From: a virus
Length of the DNA stretch: 37,921 bases
UHGV virus genome: UHGV-0081762
Direction: 5' to 3' (one strand)
A model generated the notes under the pieces. That model was not told where the DNA came from and ran no database searches. It saw only the letters and a program-made list of their open reading frames with translations. The translations under genes and the position numbers were made by a program. This document shows, one piece after another, positions 18,315 through 29,110 of this stretch (the first letter of the stretch is position 1; each line of letters begins with the position of its first letter).

Positions 18315-18390
18315 GCTGGTTTAGCTCCAATGGTAGAGCAGTCGCCTTGTAAGCGAATGGGTAGCGGTTCAAGTCCGTTAACCAGCACCA
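18315..18390 (+). tRNA. tRNA, probable anticodon UGU (Thr)
   Basis: Hand-folded: acceptor GCTGGTT/AACCAGC, D-arm GCTC-CAATGGTA-GAGC, anticodon loop CTTGTAA, T-loop TTCAAGT, ACCA end. Confidence 0.6.
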
Positions 18391-18632
18391 TAACTGAGCC
18401 GTAGCCACTGGCTATCCTGAATTCATCAGTGATAGTTACGCTGCGGCCTTCTACACATGACCTTCGTGAAAGCGGGTGGCATGAGGTTGCGCTAACAACC
18501 TCCTGCCGTTTTGCCCGTGCATATCGGTCACGAACAAATCTGATTACTAAACACAGTAGCCTGGATTTGTTCTATCAGTAATCGACCTTATTCCTAATTA
18601 AATAGAGCAAATCCCCTTATTGGGGGTAAGAC

Positions 18633-18956
18633 ATGAAGATGCCAGAAAAACATGACCTGTTAGCCGCCATTCTCGCGGCAAAGGAACAAGGCATCGGGGC
18701 AATCCTTGCGTTTGCAATGGCGTACCTTCGCGGCAGATATAATGGCGGTGCGTTTACAAAAACAGTAATCGACGCAACGATGTGCGCCATTATCGCCTGG
18801 TTCATTCGTGACCTTCTCGACTTCGCCGGACTAAGTAGCAATCTCGCTTATATAACGAGCGTGTTTATCGGCTACATCGGTACTGACTCGATTGGTTCGC
18901 TTATCAAACGCTTCGCTGCTAAAAAAGCCGGAGTAGAAGATGGTGGAAATCAATAA
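18633..18956 (+). CDS. S: Holin S (lambda S107/S105 dual start)
   Basis: [25 protein letters not shown]... essentially lambda S. Confidence 0.92.
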   Translation: MKMPEKHDLLAAILAAKEQGIGAILAFAMAYLRGRYNGGAFTKTVIDATMCAIIAWFIRDLLDFAGLSSNLAYITSVFIGYIGTDSIGSLIKRFAAKKAGVEDGGNQ

Positions 18957-19416
18957 TCAACGTAAGGCGTTCCTCGATATGCTGGCGTGGTCAGAGGGGA
19001 CAGATAACGGACGTCAGAAAACCAGAAATCATGGTTATGACGTCATTGTTGGCGGAGAGCTATTTACTGATTACTCCGATCACCCTCGCAAACTTGTCAC
19101 GCTAAACCCCAAACTCAAATCAACAGCAGCCGGACGTTACCAGCTTCTTTCCCGTTGGTGGGATGCCTATCGTAAGCAGCTTGGCCTGAAAGACTTCTCT
19201 CCGAAAAGCCAGGACGCTGTGGCACTGCAACAGATTAAGGAACGTGGCGCTTTACCGATGATTGATCGCGGTGATATCCGTCAGGCAATCGACCGTTGCA
19301 GCAATATCTGGGCTTCACTGCCGGGGGCTGGTTATGGTCAGTTCGAGCATAAGGCTGACAGCCTGATTGCAAAATTCAAAGAAGCAGGCGGAACGGTCAG
19401 AGAGATTGAGGTATGA
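18940..19416 (+). CDS. R: Endolysin R (lytic transglycosylase)
   Basis: [24 protein letters not shown]... essentially lambda R. Confidence 0.92.
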   Translation: MVEINNQRKAFLDMLAWSEGTDNGRQKTRNHGYDVIVGGELFTDYSDHPRKLVTLNPKLKSTAAGRYQLLSRWWDAYRKQLGLKDFSPKSQDAVALQQIKERGALPMIDRGDIRQAIDRCSNIWASLPGAGYGQFEHKADSLIAKFKEAGGTVREIEV

Positions 19417-19850
19417 GCAGAGTAACCGCGATTATTTCCGCTCTGGTTATCTGCATCATCGTTTGCTTGTCATGGGCTGTTAATCATTACCGGGATAACG
19501 CCATCGCCTACAAAGCCCAGCGCGACAAAGCCACATCCATCATCGCTGACATGCAGAAGCGTCAACGTGATGTAGCAGAACTTGACGCCAGATACACAAA
19601 GGAGCTTGCTGATGCTAACGCGACTATCGAAAGTCTCCGTGCTGATGTTTCTGCTGGTCGTAAGCGCCTGCAAGTCGCCGCCACCTGTGCAAAGTCAACG
19701 ACCGGAGCCAGCAGCATGGGCGATGGAGAAAGCCCAAGACTTACAGCAGATGCTGAACTCAATTATTACCGTCTAAGAAGTGGAATCGACAGGATAACCG
19801 CGCAGGTTAACTACCTGCAGGAATACATCAGGACGCAATGCCTGAAATGA
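19413..19850 (+). CDS. Rz: Spanin inner-membrane subunit Rz
   Basis: [31 protein letters not shown] matches lambda Rz N-terminus. Confidence 0.85.
   Translation: MSRVTAIISALVICIIVCLSWAVNHYRDNAIAYKAQRDKATSIIADMQKRQRDVAELDARYTKELADANATIESLRADVSAGRKRLQVAATCAKSTTGASSMGDGESPRLTADAELNYYRLRSGIDRITAQVNYLQEYIRTQCLK
19612..19776 (+). CDS. Rz1: Spanin outer-membrane lipoprotein Rz1 (embedded in Rz, +1 frame)
   Basis: Embedded ORF with lipobox LVVSAC followed by proline-rich segment; longest ORF starts 19582. Confidence 0.65.
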   Translation: MLTRLSKVSVLMFLLVVSACKSPPPVQSQRPEPAAWAMEKAQDLQQMLNSIITV

Positions 19851-19886
19851 TCGGGCGATGAAAACCAAAAAAAACAGGAGCAATAC

Positions 19887-20162
19887 ATGACTAAGCTTTA
19901 TCACCGCATCTCAACTTTTCTCTCTGGTTGCTGGGCGTTTATCACGTCTATTTCGTTCGCCATCTTTAGTTTCGGTAGCACAGCATGCTCGCTTAGTCGG
20001 GGTCTGTGGCGTGCTATTTCAGCACTAGCGCCGAAATTTTTACCTGAAAAGGCTGTTTGGCGAATTGTAGAGCGAATGTGTAGTGAGAGCGTTCGCGAGA
20101 AGATTAACGTATTTGGACGTCATCCTCGAAATACAGGCGCATTGTGCAGTCCGTTACTGTAG
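19887..20162 (+). CDS. Hypothetical protein with hydrophobic segment (moron position between lysis and packaging genes)
   Basis: 91-aa ORF with AGGAG RBS 7 nt upstream. Confidence 0.45.
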   Translation: MTKLYHRISTFLSGCWAFITSISFAIFSFGSTACSLSRGLWRAISALAPKFLPEKAVWRIVERMCSESVREKINVFGRHPRNTGALCSPLL

Positions 20163-20456
20163 CCATTACAAAGCCTATCTACGGGTGGGCTTGATAATGA
20201 AACCAGAATTTATTCTTGGCAACCAGTTACGGCAGTACAGCGAAACAACCCAAGCCAGTAAGTGGGGAAATAACACTGGCAGCCACTGAAAGATGAACCT
20301 CCAGCCTTATGGCAAAAAAGATTCTTTGTGGTGGCGGACTGATGGAAAGACATCGGTTATTGCAGAGACCATTCAATGAGTGGTCTCGACAATGGCTTAT
20401 ACCCTACACGGGATAACTTAACTGATATCCCTTTTAACGGATAAACGGAGCCAACA

Positions 20457-20699
20457 ATGGCAGAGATTATTCCCATGACTGAAGAACAGAAATTCCAGTT
20501 AGAGATTTACAAACTGGTCATGAACCAGAACGCAGCCGCAGAAGAAGCATTTCAATTCATCGGCACTGACGAGTTGAAGCTTGAGCTATTCAAAATTCAC
20601 TTCCAGTCAGGCGGCGCTAATTCAGATATCACGATCCGCACATTTGAAGCGGTGCGTAAATCGAAGGAAGCGTTAGACCTGTTCACCACAGGAGCATAA
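20457..20699 (+). CDS. Hypothetical protein upstream of terminase
   Basis: 80-aa ORF, GGAG RBS, coupled to terS. Confidence 0.5.
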   Translation: MAEIIPMTEEQKFQLEIYKLVMNQNAAAEEAFQFIGTDELKLELFKIHFQSGGANSDITIRTFEAVRKSKEALDLFTTGA

Positions 20700-20701
20700 A
20701 C

Positions 20702-21142
20702 ATGGCGCGCCCAACAAAGTATCAAGAGGCGTATGCCGAACAGGCACGCAAACTGTGCTTGCTGGGCTACACCGATGCAGAACTTGCTGATTTCTTTGAA
20801 GTCAGTGAGTCAACTATTAACAAGTGGAAGATTGATTATCCTAAGTTTTCGGAGTCCATAAAAAAGGGTAAGGCCGTCGCTGATGCAGAAGTTAGTGATC
20901 GTCTTTATCAACGCGCTATGGGATTCGTGGCTCCAGACATCGATATTCGTGTTATTGAAAACAGAATTGTCGAAACTCCGCTTGAGAAGTATTACCCGCC
21001 TGATACAACCGCCGCCATCTTCTGGCTTAAGAACCGACAGAAGGATAAATGGCGCGACAAGGTTGATCACGAGCTAACAGGCAAAGACGGCGGCGCAATT
21101 CAGATTGAAACATCACCGATGAGCACTCTATTTGGAAAATGA
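20702..21142 (+). CDS. Terminase small subunit
   Basis: 146-aa ORF with N-terminal HTH-like region immediately upstream of and overlapping large terminase. Confidence 0.7.
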   Translation: MARPTKYQEAYAEQARKLCLLGYTDAELADFFEVSESTINKWKIDYPKFSESIKKGKAVADAEVSDRLYQRAMGFVAPDIDIRVIENRIVETPLEKYYPPDTTAAIFWLKNRQKDKWRDKVDHELTGKDGGAIQIETSPMSTLFGK

Positions 21143-22554
21143 CCTCGATTAATCCTATCTTTGAACCGTTCATTGAGGCGCATCGCTACAAAGTCGCCAA
21201 AGGCGGTCGAGGTAGCGGTAAATCATGGGCAATTGCCAGGCTGCTTGTTGAAGCGGCGCGTCGGCAGCCGGTGCGTATTCTCTGCGCTCGCGAGCTGCAA
21301 AACAGTATCAGTGATTCGGTAATCCGGTTGCTTGAAGACACCATCGAGCGGGAAGGGTATTCGGCTGAGTTTGAAATTCAGCGTTCCATGATTCGTCATC
21401 TCGGAACGAATGCTGAATTCATGTTCTACGGCATCAAAAACAACCCGACGAAGATTAAATCGCTCGAAGGCATTGATATCTGCTGGGTGGAAGAAGCGGA
21501 AGCGGTAACGAAGGAATCATGGGATATCCTGATACCAACCATCCGCAAGCCGTTTTCCGAAATATGGGTGAGCTTTAACCCTAAGAACATCCTCGACGAT
21601 ACCTATCAGCGATTCGTCGTAAATCCTCCTGATGATATTTGTCTGCTGACGGTGAACTACACCGACAACCCGCACTTTCCTGAAGTTCTCCGTCTGGAGA
21701 TGGAAGAGTGCAAACGCAGAAATCCGACACTGTATCGTCACATCTGGCTGGGTGAGCCGGTAAGCGCAAGTGATATGGCAATCATCAAACGTGAATGGCT
21801 TGAAGCTGCAACCGATGCGCACAAGAAACTCGGATGGAAGGCGAAAGGCGCTGTTGTCTCTGCGCATGACCCATCAGATACAGGGCCAGATGCTAAAGGT
21901 TATGCATCGCGTCACGGTTCGGTAGTTAAGCGCATTGCCGAAGGTCTGCTGATGGACATCAACGAGGGTGCTGACTGGGCTACTTCGCTGGCAATTGAAG
22001 ACGGCGCTGACCATTACCTGTGGGATGGTGATGGTGTTGGTGCCGGGCTACGCAGACAGACAACGGAAGCATTCTCCGGTAAGAAAATCACCGCCACGAT
22101 GTTCAAGGGCAGCGAATCGCCATTCGATGAAGATGCGCCTTATCAGGCCGGAGCATGGGCTGATGAAGTCGTACAGGGCGACAACGTTCGCACTATTGGC
22201 GATGTATTCCGCAATAAGCGAGCGCAATTCTATTACGCGCTGGCTGACAGGCTGTATCTGACATATCGGGCGGTTGTTCACGGTGAGTATGCATACCCCG
22301 ACGACATGCTGAGTTTCGACAAAGAAGCGATAGGCGAGAAGATGCTGGAGAAGCTGTTTGCAGAACTGACGCAGATTCAGCGCAAATTCAATAACAACGG
22401 GAAGCTGGAGCTAATGACTAAGGTCGAAATGAAGCAGAAGCTCGGTATTCCATCTCCTAACCTGGCTGATGCGCTGATGATGTGTATGCATTGCCCGGAG
22501 TCGGCTGCGCAACCCGACTATTCCAGTTACTCAATTCCTTGTGGTGTAGGTTGA
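21139..22554 (+). CDS. Terminase large subunit (headful, P22/Sf6-type)
   Basis: 471 aa; Walker A KGGRGSGKS; size and position match. Confidence 0.9.
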   Translation: MTSINPIFEPFIEAHRYKVAKGGRGSGKSWAIARLLVEAARRQPVRILCARELQNSISDSVIRLLEDTIEREGYSAEFEIQRSMIRHLGTNAEFMFYGIKNNPTKIKSLEGIDICWVEEAEAVTKESWDILIPTIRKPFSEIWVSFNPKNILDDTYQRFVVNPPDDICLLTVNYTDNPHFPEVLRLEMEECKRRNPTLYRHIWLGEPVSASDMAIIKREWLEAATDAHKKLGWKAKGAVVSAHDPSDTGPDAKGYASRHGSVVKRIAEGLLMDINEGADWATSLAIEDGADHYLWDGDGVGAGLRRQTTEAFSGKKITATMFKGSESPFDEDAPYQAGAWADEVVQGDNVRTIGDVFRNKRAQFYYALADRLYLTYRAVVHGEYAYPDDMLSFDKEAIGEKMLEKLFAELTQIQRKFNNNGKLELMTKVEMKQKLGIPSPNLADALMMCMHCPESAAQPDYSSYSIPCGVG

Positions 22555-22555
22555 T

Positions 22556-24754
22556 ATGGCAGAAAAAAAGATGGCTGACTGGCATCGCAAGGTGCTGTGC
22601 AACTTTGATAATGCCTGGTCAGCAACGCAGGATATGCGTGAGCAGATTATTGAGGCTCAACGTTTCGTCAGGGTGTCCGGCGCACAGTGGGAAGGTAGCA
22701 CAAACGCTGGTTACTCGTTTGATGAGGGCAGGTTTGAGCATTATCCGCGCTTTGAACTGAATAAGATTGCCCGTGAATGTGATCGCATCATTGGCGAGTA
22801 TAGGCAGAATCGCATCAGCGTTAAATTCAGGCCGAAGGACGATAAGGCATCGGAAGCGTTAGCCGAAAAGATGAACGGCAAATTCCGCGCTGACTATCAG
22901 GAAACATCCGGTGGCGAAGCGTGTGATAACGCATTTGATGATGCTGTAACGGGCGGATTCGGTTGTTTCCGCATGTGTGCCGATTACGAAGATGAAATGG
23001 ATCCGAGTAACGAGCAGCGACGCATCAGCCTTCTTCCTGTTTACGACCCAGCGACATGCGTCTTCTTCGATCAGGACAGCAAGCAATATGACCGCTCTGA
23101 TGCTATGTGGGCTATGGAAATGTTCTCCATGACGCCTAAAGCGTTCGAGGCTGAATACCCTGATTCCATCGCGGCAAGCCTTTCTCGTGATGACACTGGC
23201 ACTCAATATGACTGGTCAACTCCTGATGCTATCTATGTTGGACGCTACTACGAAGTTCGCATAGAGAAGGTGAAGCTCACGGCGTGGCGTAACCCTGTTA
23301 GCGGAGAAACGGCAATCTATGATGAAGAGCAAATCAAAGATATTGTCGACGAGCTGACCGATGGTGCATTCGAACTGATCGGTGAGCGGACAGTGAAGAA
23401 ACGCCGCGTTTATTGCGGTCTTCTGTCTGGCGCTGAATGGCTGGAAGAACCGAAGCGTATTCCGGGCGAACATATTCCTCTCATCCCGGTATATGGGCGT
23501 CGCTCATTTGTTGATAATCAGGAGCGAATAGAAGGCCACGCAGCAAAAGCGATGGATGCACAGCGTCTTGAGAACCTCATGGTTTCTATGATTGCAGATA
23601 ACGCTACTCAGGCTGGCGGTGATGGCATTCCTGTAGTTGATGTTGACATGATTCCTGGTCCTCTCGCCAATCATTGGGCGGAGCGCAACAAAAAGCGCCC
23701 GGCGTTCCTGCCGATGGTAAGTCTGAAAAACAAAAACGGAGATATTACTGCGCAGGCTCAGGTCAGCAGTTATACACCTCCGACACAAATGCCTCCTGCT
23801 CTTGCCGGGTTATTGCAGTACACCGGAACGGCTATTCAGCAAATTACCGGGGCTTCGCAGCTTGAGAACATGCCGAGCAACGTCGCCACCGATACCGTTG
23901 ATAGTATCTTTAACCGGATGGATACGCAGTCCTATATCTACATGGACAACATGGCTAAATCCATGCGTCGCGCTGGCGTTGTGTGGCTTTCTATGGCGCG
24001 TGAGGTCTATGGCAGTGATACGCCGATGCGTATCGTTAATGAGGACGGCAGCGATGACGTGGCGCTGATGACTGGTGAAGTGGTTGATCGTCAGGCAGGG
24101 CAGGTTATCGCGCTTAATGACCTTTCGCAGGGTAACTATGAAGTGACTGTCGATGTTGGTCAGTCGTTCGCTACTCGCCGTGATGCAACGGTTAAGTCGT
24201 TACTTTCCATGCTGGCACTTATCCCACCAGGAACGCCGAAGCACGACCTTGTATCGTCGATGATTCTCGACAATATGGACGGCGAAGGGATGGACGACCT
24301 TAAAGAATACAACCGCAATCAGTTGCTTCTGTCTGGAGTTATCAAGCCGAGAACTCCAGAAGAGCAGCAGATGGTTGAGCAGGCGAAACAACAACAGGCC
24401 AGTCAGCCAGATCCGGCTATGGTTGCTGCGCAAGGTCAGCTTCTTGCTGGTCAGGCTGAATTGCAGAAAGCGCAGAACGAACAGGCAGCCATTCAGGTTA
24501 AAGCATTCCAGGCACAGACTGATGCTCAGGTTGCAGCGGCAAATGTTGTGAAAATCCTCGCATCTGCCGATAGCCAGCAGAAATCTGATATCCGCGAGGC
24601 TCTGAAACTGCTCGGACAGTTCCAGCAACAGCAAGGAGACAATGCCCGTGCTGATGCAGAGCTTGTCCTGAAAAGTCAGGCACAGGGCCATGCGCAGCGC
24701 ATGGACATCAGCAGCATCCTGCAAAAATCAACTCAGCAACAACCACAGCAGTAA
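22556..24754 (+). CDS. Portal protein (P22 gp1-like)
   Basis: 732 aa; KRRRVY, GEHIPLIPVYG and C-terminal Gln-rich helical barrel resemble P22 portal. Confidence 0.9.
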   Translation: MAEKKMADWHRKVLCNFDNAWSATQDMREQIIEAQRFVRVSGAQWEGSTNAGYSFDEGRFEHYPRFELNKIARECDRIIGEYRQNRISVKFRPKDDKASEALAEKMNGKFRADYQETSGGEACDNAFDDAVTGGFGCFRMCADYEDEMDPSNEQRRISLLPVYDPATCVFFDQDSKQYDRSDAMWAMEMFSMTPKAFEAEYPDSIAASLSRDDTGTQYDWSTPDAIYVGRYYEVRIEKVKLTAWRNPVSGETAIYDEEQIKDIVDELTDGAFELIGERTVKKRRVYCGLLSGAEWLEEPKRIPGEHIPLIPVYGRRSFVDNQERIEGHAAKAMDAQRLENLMVSMIADNATQAGGDGIPVVDVDMIPGPLANHWAERNKKRPAFLPMVSLKNKNGDITAQAQVSSYTPPTQMPPALAGLLQYTGTAIQQITGASQLENMPSNVATDTVDSIFNRMDTQSYIYMDNMAKSMRRAGVVWLSMAREVYGSDTPMRIVNEDGSDDVALMTGEVVDRQAGQVIALNDLSQGNYEVTVDVGQSFATRRDATVKSLLSMLALIPPGTPKHDLVSSMILDNMDGEGMDDLKEYNRNQLLLSGVIKPRTPEEQQMVEQAKQQQASQPDPAMVAAQGQLLAGQAELQKAQNEQAAIQVKAFQAQTDAQVAAANVVKILASADSQQKSDIREALKLLGQFQQQQGDNARADAELVLKSQAQGHAQRMDISSILQKSTQQQPQQ

Positions 24755-24844
24755 TTAACCCATAACGTGCAATGGCTGTCTTTATGAGGCCTGGCACCCT
24801 ATTGCCTTCCGATGGGCTGAACATCGAGTAAACAGGGGTAACAA

Positions 24845-25738
24845 ATGGACCAGATGGCAGAAAACACACCAGAAGTTGAAATCGAAACCGACGCGTCAGA
24901 GCAGATTCCTGATGATGTCGAACTGGCTGAAGAAGTCGAAACAGAAGATGGCAGTGAGTCCTCCGGCAATGATGCAGAGGAAGCTACTGAAACTGATGAC
25001 GACGAATCAGAGCAGGAATTCTACTTTGGTGACGAAAAGCTGGATTCGCCAACCAGCGAAGATGGCGCAGAGCATGGACTGGTAAAACACCTGCGCAAGA
25101 CGATTAAAGAGAAAGACCGCGAACTGAAAGAGCTGATGCGTCAGTCTCAGAAACCCGTCGAGCAGCAGCCGGTAATCACTCAACCACCGCGAATGCCAAA
25201 ACTGGATGATGAGGACATCGGTTTCGATGAAGAAATCTACCAGCAACGCATGGCTAAGTGGGCAGAGGATAACGGCAAGTACCAGCAACAGGAGATGGCT
25301 CGCAAGCAGAAGGAGCAGGAGCTTCAGGCTGCCTATCAAGAGCGATTATCCAAATATCAGCAACGTGTTAAGGCTCTCAAAGTTCCTGGCTATCAGGAAG
25401 CAGAACAGGCCGTACTCGAGGAAATCCCCATCGAGACACAAAACGCGATCCTGTTTGAGTCAGAGAAGCCGGAAATCGTTGTTCTGGCGCTCGGCCGCAA
25501 CGCTGAACTGCGCAAGCAACTGGCAGAAGCTACCAATCCCGTAGCAATTGGTCGTCTGCTGGAACGTATCGAATCGAAGGCCAGAATCATGCCAAAAGCA
25601 AAAACCACGGCAGCCACAACCCCGACAGTTAAGGGGAGCAACGGCGCAGTAATCAACAACCTCGACAAACTGAAAGCCAAGGCGCTGGAAACTGGTGACT
25701 GGACGCCGTATTTCGCCGCTAAAAAGGCAAAAAAATAA
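24845..25738 (+). CDS. Scaffolding protein (P22 gp8-like)
   Basis: 297 aa, acidic N-terminus, coiled-coil, position between portal and coat. Confidence 0.8.
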   Translation: MDQMAENTPEVEIETDASEQIPDDVELAEEVETEDGSESSGNDAEEATETDDDESEQEFYFGDEKLDSPTSEDGAEHGLVKHLRKTIKEKDRELKELMRQSQKPVEQQPVITQPPRMPKLDDEDIGFDEEIYQQRMAKWAEDNGKYQQQEMARKQKEQELQAAYQERLSKYQQRVKALKVPGYQEAEQAVLEEIPIETQNAILFESEKPEIVVLALGRNAELRKQLAEATNPVAIGRLLERIESKARIMPKAKTTAATTPTVKGSNGAVINNLDKLKAKALETGDWTPYFAAKKAKK

Positions 25739-25756
25739 CATATCGGAGCATTAAGC

Positions 25757-27010
25757 ATGGCTAACCAATTAGCAAAAGACCTTGAAATCATGTTCGAAAA
25801 CTACGTTGAAGGCTTTGAGGCCGCCTGCGTAGTTTCCCGTAACGCTAAAAAATTCCGTCCCGGTGATACTGCAATGCAGCGAGCAGGTGATGTTCTGTAT
25901 CGTCCGCAGCATTACCACATGAACATTGAAGAAGGCCTCGATCTCAGCAGCAAAACGCCAACAGCACTGGTTCAGCGCCTTGTTCCTTCTGTGTTCAAGG
26001 AGCCGAAAAACATTCTGTACACTCTGGATGCGCGTGAAATGCGTGACCCTGAACATAAAACTGAAGCTGGTCGCGCCGCAGGTATGCGCCTTGCTGCACA
26101 GATTGACTCTGACCTGATTTCCATGGTCACGCAGCGTGCTACTAACGTGATCACAATGGCTGACTCAACCACTGGTTCACAGGGCCGTGATTTGTGGAAC
26201 TGTGCGGCAGGTATTGATGCCACCATGACGGCGATTGGTGTACCACAGGGTATCAACCGCCGCTCTTTCTGGAACCCATTCAACTATAAAGACCTTGCTG
26301 GCGAGCTTGGTCACCGTGCCTATGCTCAGGGCGCAACCCTGACAGCATACGAAAAAGCGCAAATCCCTCCGGTTGCGTCCTTCGATAGCTACAAGACCGA
26401 TATTTCTGGTCGTGTTCCGAAGGGTACAGCAACTTCCATTACGCTGGCAGCAGCACCTGCGCACAAGGTTGAAGCGAAAGATGCTAACGATATGCCAGTG
26501 GATAACCGACAGGGGACCATTACGGTATCTGCTGAAGGTTTGCAGGTTGGCGATGCGTTTACCATAGCAGGGGTGAATTCCGTACACCAGATCACCAAAG
26601 ATACCACCGGGCAGCCGCAGGTATTCCGCGTTCTGGCAGTTAGCGGAACGACAGTAACTATCTCCCCGAAAATTCTGCCGCCTGACAACGCGGATGTCGC
26701 CAGCCGTCCATATGCAAACGTTGATGCTAATGCGGCAAGTAGCGCAGCAATCACCATTCTCAACAAAAATGCCGCACCGGCCAACCTGTTCTGGGCTGAT
26801 GGTTCTGTTGAACTGATGTACGGCAAACTGGCGTTCCCAACTGGTCAGGGTCCACAGGTAATGACGGCAACCACCGAGCAGGGCGCTACGCTGATCATGT
26901 CTTACGCCTTCGACCACATCAAAGGCGTAACCACTGCGCGTTTCACCACTCTGTACGGTTGCTCTGTACTGGTTCCTGAATATACGGGCATCGTTATTGC
27001 CGGGCAGTAA
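25757..27010 (+). CDS. Major coat protein (P22 gp5-like)
   Basis: 417 aa; segments resemble P22 coat (e.g. NLFWADGSVELMYG); followed by strong terminator. Confidence 0.85.
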   Translation: MANQLAKDLEIMFENYVEGFEAACVVSRNAKKFRPGDTAMQRAGDVLYRPQHYHMNIEEGLDLSSKTPTALVQRLVPSVFKEPKNILYTLDAREMRDPEHKTEAGRAAGMRLAAQIDSDLISMVTQRATNVITMADSTTGSQGRDLWNCAAGIDATMTAIGVPQGINRRSFWNPFNYKDLAGELGHRAYAQGATLTAYEKAQIPPVASFDSYKTDISGRVPKGTATSITLAAAPAHKVEAKDANDMPVDNRQGTITVSAEGLQVGDAFTIAGVNSVHQITKDTTGQPQVFRVLAVSGTTVTISPKILPPDNADVASRPYANVDANAASSAAITILNKNAAPANLFWADGSVELMYGKLAFPTGQGPQVMTATTEQGATLIMSYAFDHIKGVTTARFTTLYGCSVLVPEYTGIVIAGQ

Positions 27011-27016
27011 TTTTGG

Positions 27017-27040
27017 TGGGGCTTCGGCCCCATTTTTATT
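27017..27040 (+). terminator. Rho-independent terminator after coat gene
   Basis: ggggc-ttcg-gcccc hairpin followed by ATTTTTATT. Confidence 0.7.
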
Positions 27041-27051
27041 GGGAGAAGACA

Positions 27052-27240
27052 ATGGCACGAACAATGCTCTATAAGCCTGGCAACATGATCACCTGTGGTC
27101 AGTTTGCTGTCGATTACATCATTGTTGATGACGAAGAAGTTAAATCTCACCTGAAAAAAGGTTGGGTAAAAACTCCTGAAGAAACCGCAACGAAGCAAAA
27201 AGTGGCTAAGGCGGAAGAAGATGGCGAAAACGAAGGGTGA
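27052..27240 (+). CDS. Small hypothetical protein (62 aa)
   Basis: ORF starting MARTMLYK with GAGAAG RBS; overlaps gp4 start. Confidence 0.35.
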   Translation: MARTMLYKPGNMITCGQFAVDYIIVDDEEVKSHLKKGWVKTPEETATKQKVAKAEEDGENEG

Positions 27241-27682
27241 TATCGTTCTAAAGGCTTTACGAAAAGCCGGGCTGTATTCCAATGCCACGTTGACAGATGC
27301 TGACCCTCAGGCAATTGAAGATGCCATTAATGACCTCGAAGACATGATGGCAGCATGGCAGGCGAAAGGTATCGAGCTTGGGTATCAGTTTGCTGATACA
27401 GAAAACGGCATCATGCCGTTACCTGACGATGATTCAGGCATCCCTGCATGGGCAAATGATGGCGTCGCTTTGAAACTCGCTGTGCAAGTGTGCATGGATA
27501 ACGTCATTCAGCCGTCAGACGCTCTCCTTACCGCTGCTGACAGTGCATATCAAACAATCTGTATCGCTTTAACCAAAATACCACCACTTGAGCGGCGAAA
27601 TGACATGCCTCGCGGTAGTGGTAACAAAAGCGCGTTTACGTGGAATCGGTTTTACATCGAGAAAGATGATCCGAGTACGTGA
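27221..27682 (+). CDS. Head-to-tail adaptor (P22 gp4-like)
   Basis: TKGDIVLKALRKAGLYSNATLTDADPQAIEDAINDLEDMMAAWQ resembles P22 gp4 N-terminus. Confidence 0.85.
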   Translation: MAKTKGDIVLKALRKAGLYSNATLTDADPQAIEDAINDLEDMMAAWQAKGIELGYQFADTENGIMPLPDDDSGIPAWANDGVALKLAVQVCMDNVIQPSDALLTAADSAYQTICIALTKIPPLERRNDMPRGSGNKSAFTWNRFYIEKDDPST

Positions 27683-27691
27683 GGTGAATAA

Positions 27692-29110
27692 ATGCCGATT
27701 CAGCAACTTCCGCTTATGAAAGGTGTCGGCAAAGACTTTCGAAACGCCGACTATATCGACTATCTTCCAGTGAATATGCTGGCTACACCCAAAGAAATCC
27801 TCAACAGCAGCGGATATCTTCGCTCATTCCCGGGCATTGCCAAACGCTCTGATGTGAACGGTGTATCTCGCGGCGTCGAGTACAACATGGCGCAGAATGC
27901 TGTTTATCGCGTGTGTGGCGGCAAACTCTACAAAGGCGAAAGCGAAGTCGGCGATGTTGCCGGAAGTGGTCGCGTATCAATGGCGCATGGTCGGACATCA
28001 CAGGCGGTAGGCGTTAATGGTCAACTGGTCGAATATCGCTATGATGGCACGGTTAAAACCGTCTCAAACTGGCCTACAGACAGCGGATTCACTCAGTATG
28101 AGTTAGGTTCAGTTCGCGACATTACGCGCTTACGTGGGCGTTATGCATGGTCAAAAGACGGTACTGATTCATGGTTTATCACTGACCTTGAAGACGAATC
28201 TCATCCTGACCGTTACAGCGCACAATATCGTGCCGAGTCTCAGCCTGACGGAATCATCGGCATCGGAACATGGCGAGACTTCATCGTCTGCTTTGGTTCA
28301 TCGACGATTGAATATTTCTCCCTGACTGGGGCAACCACCGTTGGTGCCGCTTTGTATGTCGCACAGCCATCACTGATGGTGCAAAAAGGCATTGCCGGAA
28401 CTTACTGCAAAACGCCGTTTGCTGATTCCTATGCGTTTATCAGCAATCCGGCAACGGGTGCGCCGTCTGTATACATCATCGGTTCCGGTCAGGTATCACC
28501 AATCGCCAGCGCGAGCATTGAGAAAATCCTCCGCTCCTACACTGCTGATGAACTGGCTGATGGCGTGATGGAGTCTCTGAGATTTGATGCTCATGAGTTG
28601 CTGATTATCCACCTTCCACGCCATGTTCTCGTGTACGACGCATCTTCAAGCGCCAATGGTCCGCAATGGTGTGTGTTGAAAACTGGCTTGTATGACGATG
28701 TGTACCGCGCTATCGACTTCATTTACGAAGGCAATCAGATAACGTGCGGCGATAAGCTGGAATCTGTTACCGGGAAACTGCAATTCGACATCAGCAGCCA
28801 GTACGACAAGCAACAGGAACACCTGCTGTTTACTCCGTTGTTCAAAGCGGATAACGCCAGAGTTTTCGACCTTGAGGTTGAATCGTCAACTGGCGTTGCG
28901 CAGTACGCCGACCGCCTGTTCCTCTCTGCAACCACTGACGGCATAAATTACGGTCGTGAGCAGATGATTGAGCAGAATGAACCGTTCGTTTACGACAAAC
29001 GCGTTTTGTGGAAGCGAGTCGGGCGCATCAGGAAAAATGTCGGCTTCAAATTGCGCGTTATCACGAAGTCACCTGTCACTCTGTCTGGCTGCCAGATAAG
29101 GATTGAGTAA
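27692..29110 (+). CDS. Tail hub protein (P22 gp10-like)
   Basis: 472 aa, synteny gp4-gp10-gp26. Confidence 0.8.
   Translation: MPIQQLPLMKGVGKDFRNADYIDYLPVNMLATPKEILNSSGYLRSFPGIAKRSDVNGVSRGVEYNMAQNAVYRVCGGKLYKGESEVGDVAGSGRVSMAHGRTSQAVGVNGQLVEYRYDGTVKTVSNWPTDSGFTQYELGSVRDITRLRGRYAWSKDGTDSWFITDLEDESHPDRYSAQYRAESQPDGIIGIGTWRDFIVCFGSSTIEYFSLTGATTVGAALYVAQPSLMVQKGIAGTYCKTPFADSYAFISNPATGAPSVYIIGSGQVSPIASASIEKILRSYTADELADGVMESLRFDAHELLIIHLPRHVLVYDASSSANGPQWCVLKTGLYDDVYRAIDFIYEGNQITCGDKLESVTGKLQFDISSQYDKQQEHLLFTPLFKADNARVFDLEVESSTGVAQYADRLFLSATTDGINYGREQMIEQNEPFVYDKRVLWKRVGRIRKNVGFKLRVITKSPVTLSGCQIRIE

Noticed and set aside
20163-20456. Possible cos site as in lambda downstream of the lysis genes
   Set aside because: Packaging genes are P22/Sf6-type headful terminases and no lambda cos-like sequence was recognised; a pac site is expected inside terS instead.
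24200-24724. 174-aa minus-strand ORF
   Set aside because: Entirely antisense within the portal gene, whose identification is strong; likely spurious.
26177-27064. 295-aa minus-strand ORF and other antisense ORFs across 25393-27288
   Set aside because: Antisense to scaffold and coat genes, which have strong homology-based support; typical of antisense frames in GC-balanced coding DNA.
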